Shown here one piece after another: positions 62,707 to 64,000 of a DNA stretch of 64,000 nt; positions within the stretch are counted from its first letter, which is position 1; every line of letters starts with the position of its first letter. The notes beneath the pieces were generated by a model that saw only the letters and a list, made by a program, of their open reading frames with translations, ran no database searches and had not been told where the DNA came from. The position numbers and the translations under genes are program-made. The stretch lies in assembly GCA_965224195.1 (NCBI GenBank), contig OZ245040.1, positions 1,280,001 through 1,344,000 on the forward strand, read 5' to 3'. This DNA is from Nitrosopumilus sp. (GTDB taxonomy: Archaea; Thermoproteota; Nitrososphaeria; Nitrososphaerales; Nitrosopumilaceae).

Positions 62707-62943
62707 ATGTTTTTTATGTCTGAATCACAACAAATCAGTGTTTCAAAATCTGATGTTTCAAAATTAGCAATTCTAGCATTGGGCATCATCTTTGCAGTAG
62801 GATTGTTTGTTGTAGGATTTGATAATGGGCATATTATGAATTTTGTATTTGCTGAAGATGGCTCTACAGGTGGTATTGATCCCCTAGTCATTCATGAACT
62901 TACACACGATATGCGACATGCAGCAGGCTTTCCTTGCCATTAG
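62707..62943 (+). CDS. cbtB: Cobalt transporter subunit CbtB
   Basis: TM helix followed by HELTHDMRHAAGFPCH. Confidence 0.9.
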   Translation: MFFMSESQQISVSKSDVSKLAILALGIIFAVGLFVVGFDNGHIMNFVFAEDGSTGGIDPLVIHELTHDMRHAAGFPCH

Positions 62944-62952
62944 CTGTTTGAA

Positions 62953-63672
62953 TTGAAAACCATTCCTTTCATTGTAATTATTTTATTTTCAGGGGCATTA
63001 GCTGGATTAGTTCATGGAACTGTAAATTTTGCAATTGTAGAACCTTATCTTGATCAAGCAATTGGAATTGAAAATCATAATTTGTTTGAATCTGGTGAAG
63101 AGGAAGACACTCCTGAATTTTGGGTCGAATATGAGGGATATCGAATATGGCAAAAAAGTGGACAAATACTAGCTGGTATAATTTTAGGAATTTCGATGGG
63201 GGCACTCTTTGGAATTGTATTTGCATTATCTAAAAATTCACTTCCTGGAAATCATATTATAAAAAAATCTGTTTTGTTGGCAGGAATCATGTGGTTTTCT
63301 TTGTACATCATACCTTTTCTCAAATACCCTGCAAATCCTCCAACCGTTGGTGACAGTGAAACTATCATTCTTAGAGCAATTCTTTATCTTTCTTTTATTG
63401 CAATATCTGGAATAGGTGCATTGGTATTTTACAAACTGTCTAAGAAATTTAAAAATAGTAAAAAATTTATTTCTGTAATTGGATATGGTGTTTTCATTAG
63501 TGTAGTATTTTTTATAATGCCTGAAAATCCTGATGAAATTACTGCTCCGATGAATTTAGTAAATGAATTTAGATTGATGTCTATGCTAGGGGTTTCATCA
63601 TTTTGGATTTCAATAGGAGTAATTTTTGGACTATTTCTGAATCAATTCGATTCTGATAAAACAATTCAATAA
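62953..63672 (+). CDS. cbtA: Cobalt transporter subunit CbtA
   Basis: EPYLDQAIGIE, PFLKYPANPPTVG and FR motifs; directly after cbtB. Confidence 0.9.
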   Translation: MKTIPFIVIILFSGALAGLVHGTVNFAIVEPYLDQAIGIENHNLFESGEEEDTPEFWVEYEGYRIWQKSGQILAGIILGISMGALFGIVFALSKNSLPGNHIIKKSVLLAGIMWFSLYIIPFLKYPANPPTVGDSETIILRAILYLSFIAISGIGALVFYKLSKKFKNSKKFISVIGYGVFISVVFFIMPENPDEITAPMNLVNEFRLMSMLGVSSFWISIGVIFGLFLNQFDSDKTIQ

Positions 63673-63682
63673 TACAATATTT

Positions 63683-64000
63683 TTATGAATTTAATTTTGG
63701 GTTTGAAGTGTTTGAATACAAATTTAGGCTTGGCTCCAAATTATCCAAAGTAATTTCCACTTTTCCAATTCTACTTTGATACATTTTGATTTTTTTCCCT
63801 TCAGAAGATATTACATACTTGTCAACCTCTGCAAGGGCAAGCTCCTCCAAAGTAGACAATATCTTGTAAACTGTAGAAAGTGAAATTTTTAATTCATTAG
63901 CAATTTGTGTTGCATCTTTTGATTCATTTTTGACTGAAAACAACACGGATCTTGTACAAACATTGCTAAGGGATTCAACAATTCTTTGCGTAATGTCAAA
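63683..64000 (-). CDS. ArsR-like winged-HTH transcriptional regulator (5'-truncated by window edge)
   Basis: ATQIANELKISLSTVYKILSTLEE...GKKIKMYQS; frame open to the window end. Confidence 0.85.
   Translation of the reverse strand, partial: FDITQRIVESLSNVCTRSVLFSVKNESKDATQIANELKISLSTVYKILSTLEELALAEVDKYVISSEGKKIKMYQSRIGKVEITLDNLEPSLNLYSNTSNPKLNS

Noticed and set aside
3079-63226. Numerous antisense or overlapping ORFs in the track (e.g. 3079-3621, 7777-8067, 22347-22646, 48664-49128, 54981-55304)
   Set aside because: They are shadows of well-supported genes on the other strand or frame and have no motifs of their own.

Overview
AT-rich archaeal DNA whose gene content is typical of Nitrososphaerota (Nitrosopumilaceae-like ammonia-oxidising archaeon): rps25e, rps26e, rpoK, aRF1, archaeal ThrRS, a PEFG-CTERM cupredoxin and DUF6659-like roadblock proteins. 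Positions 1-25.5 kb and 56-64 kb are mostly housekeeping genes (thrS, speB, pyrG, trpEGDCBA without trpF, ilvD, aRF1, cbtBA). Positions ~26-56 kb are an eroding accessory region. It holds many premature stops and frameshifts, two IS5-superfamily remnants, a 4.2-kb inversion that splits a membrane-protein gene, and an IS-end/gene-duplicate chimera. It also holds a GC-richer island encoding a 1,129-aa cupredoxin/beta-propeller protein, whose 5' end carries two CRISPR-like 'repeat - 35/38-bp insert - repeat' units. A decayed integrase/defence-like island contains a HEPN-like pseudogene, a DUF3800 gene with a candidate downstream ncRNA, and a hicB/hicA-like pair bracketed by 51-bp inverted repeats. 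I recognised no tRNA, rRNA, cas genes or canonical CRISPR array. All calls come from reading the sequence; no database searches were run.
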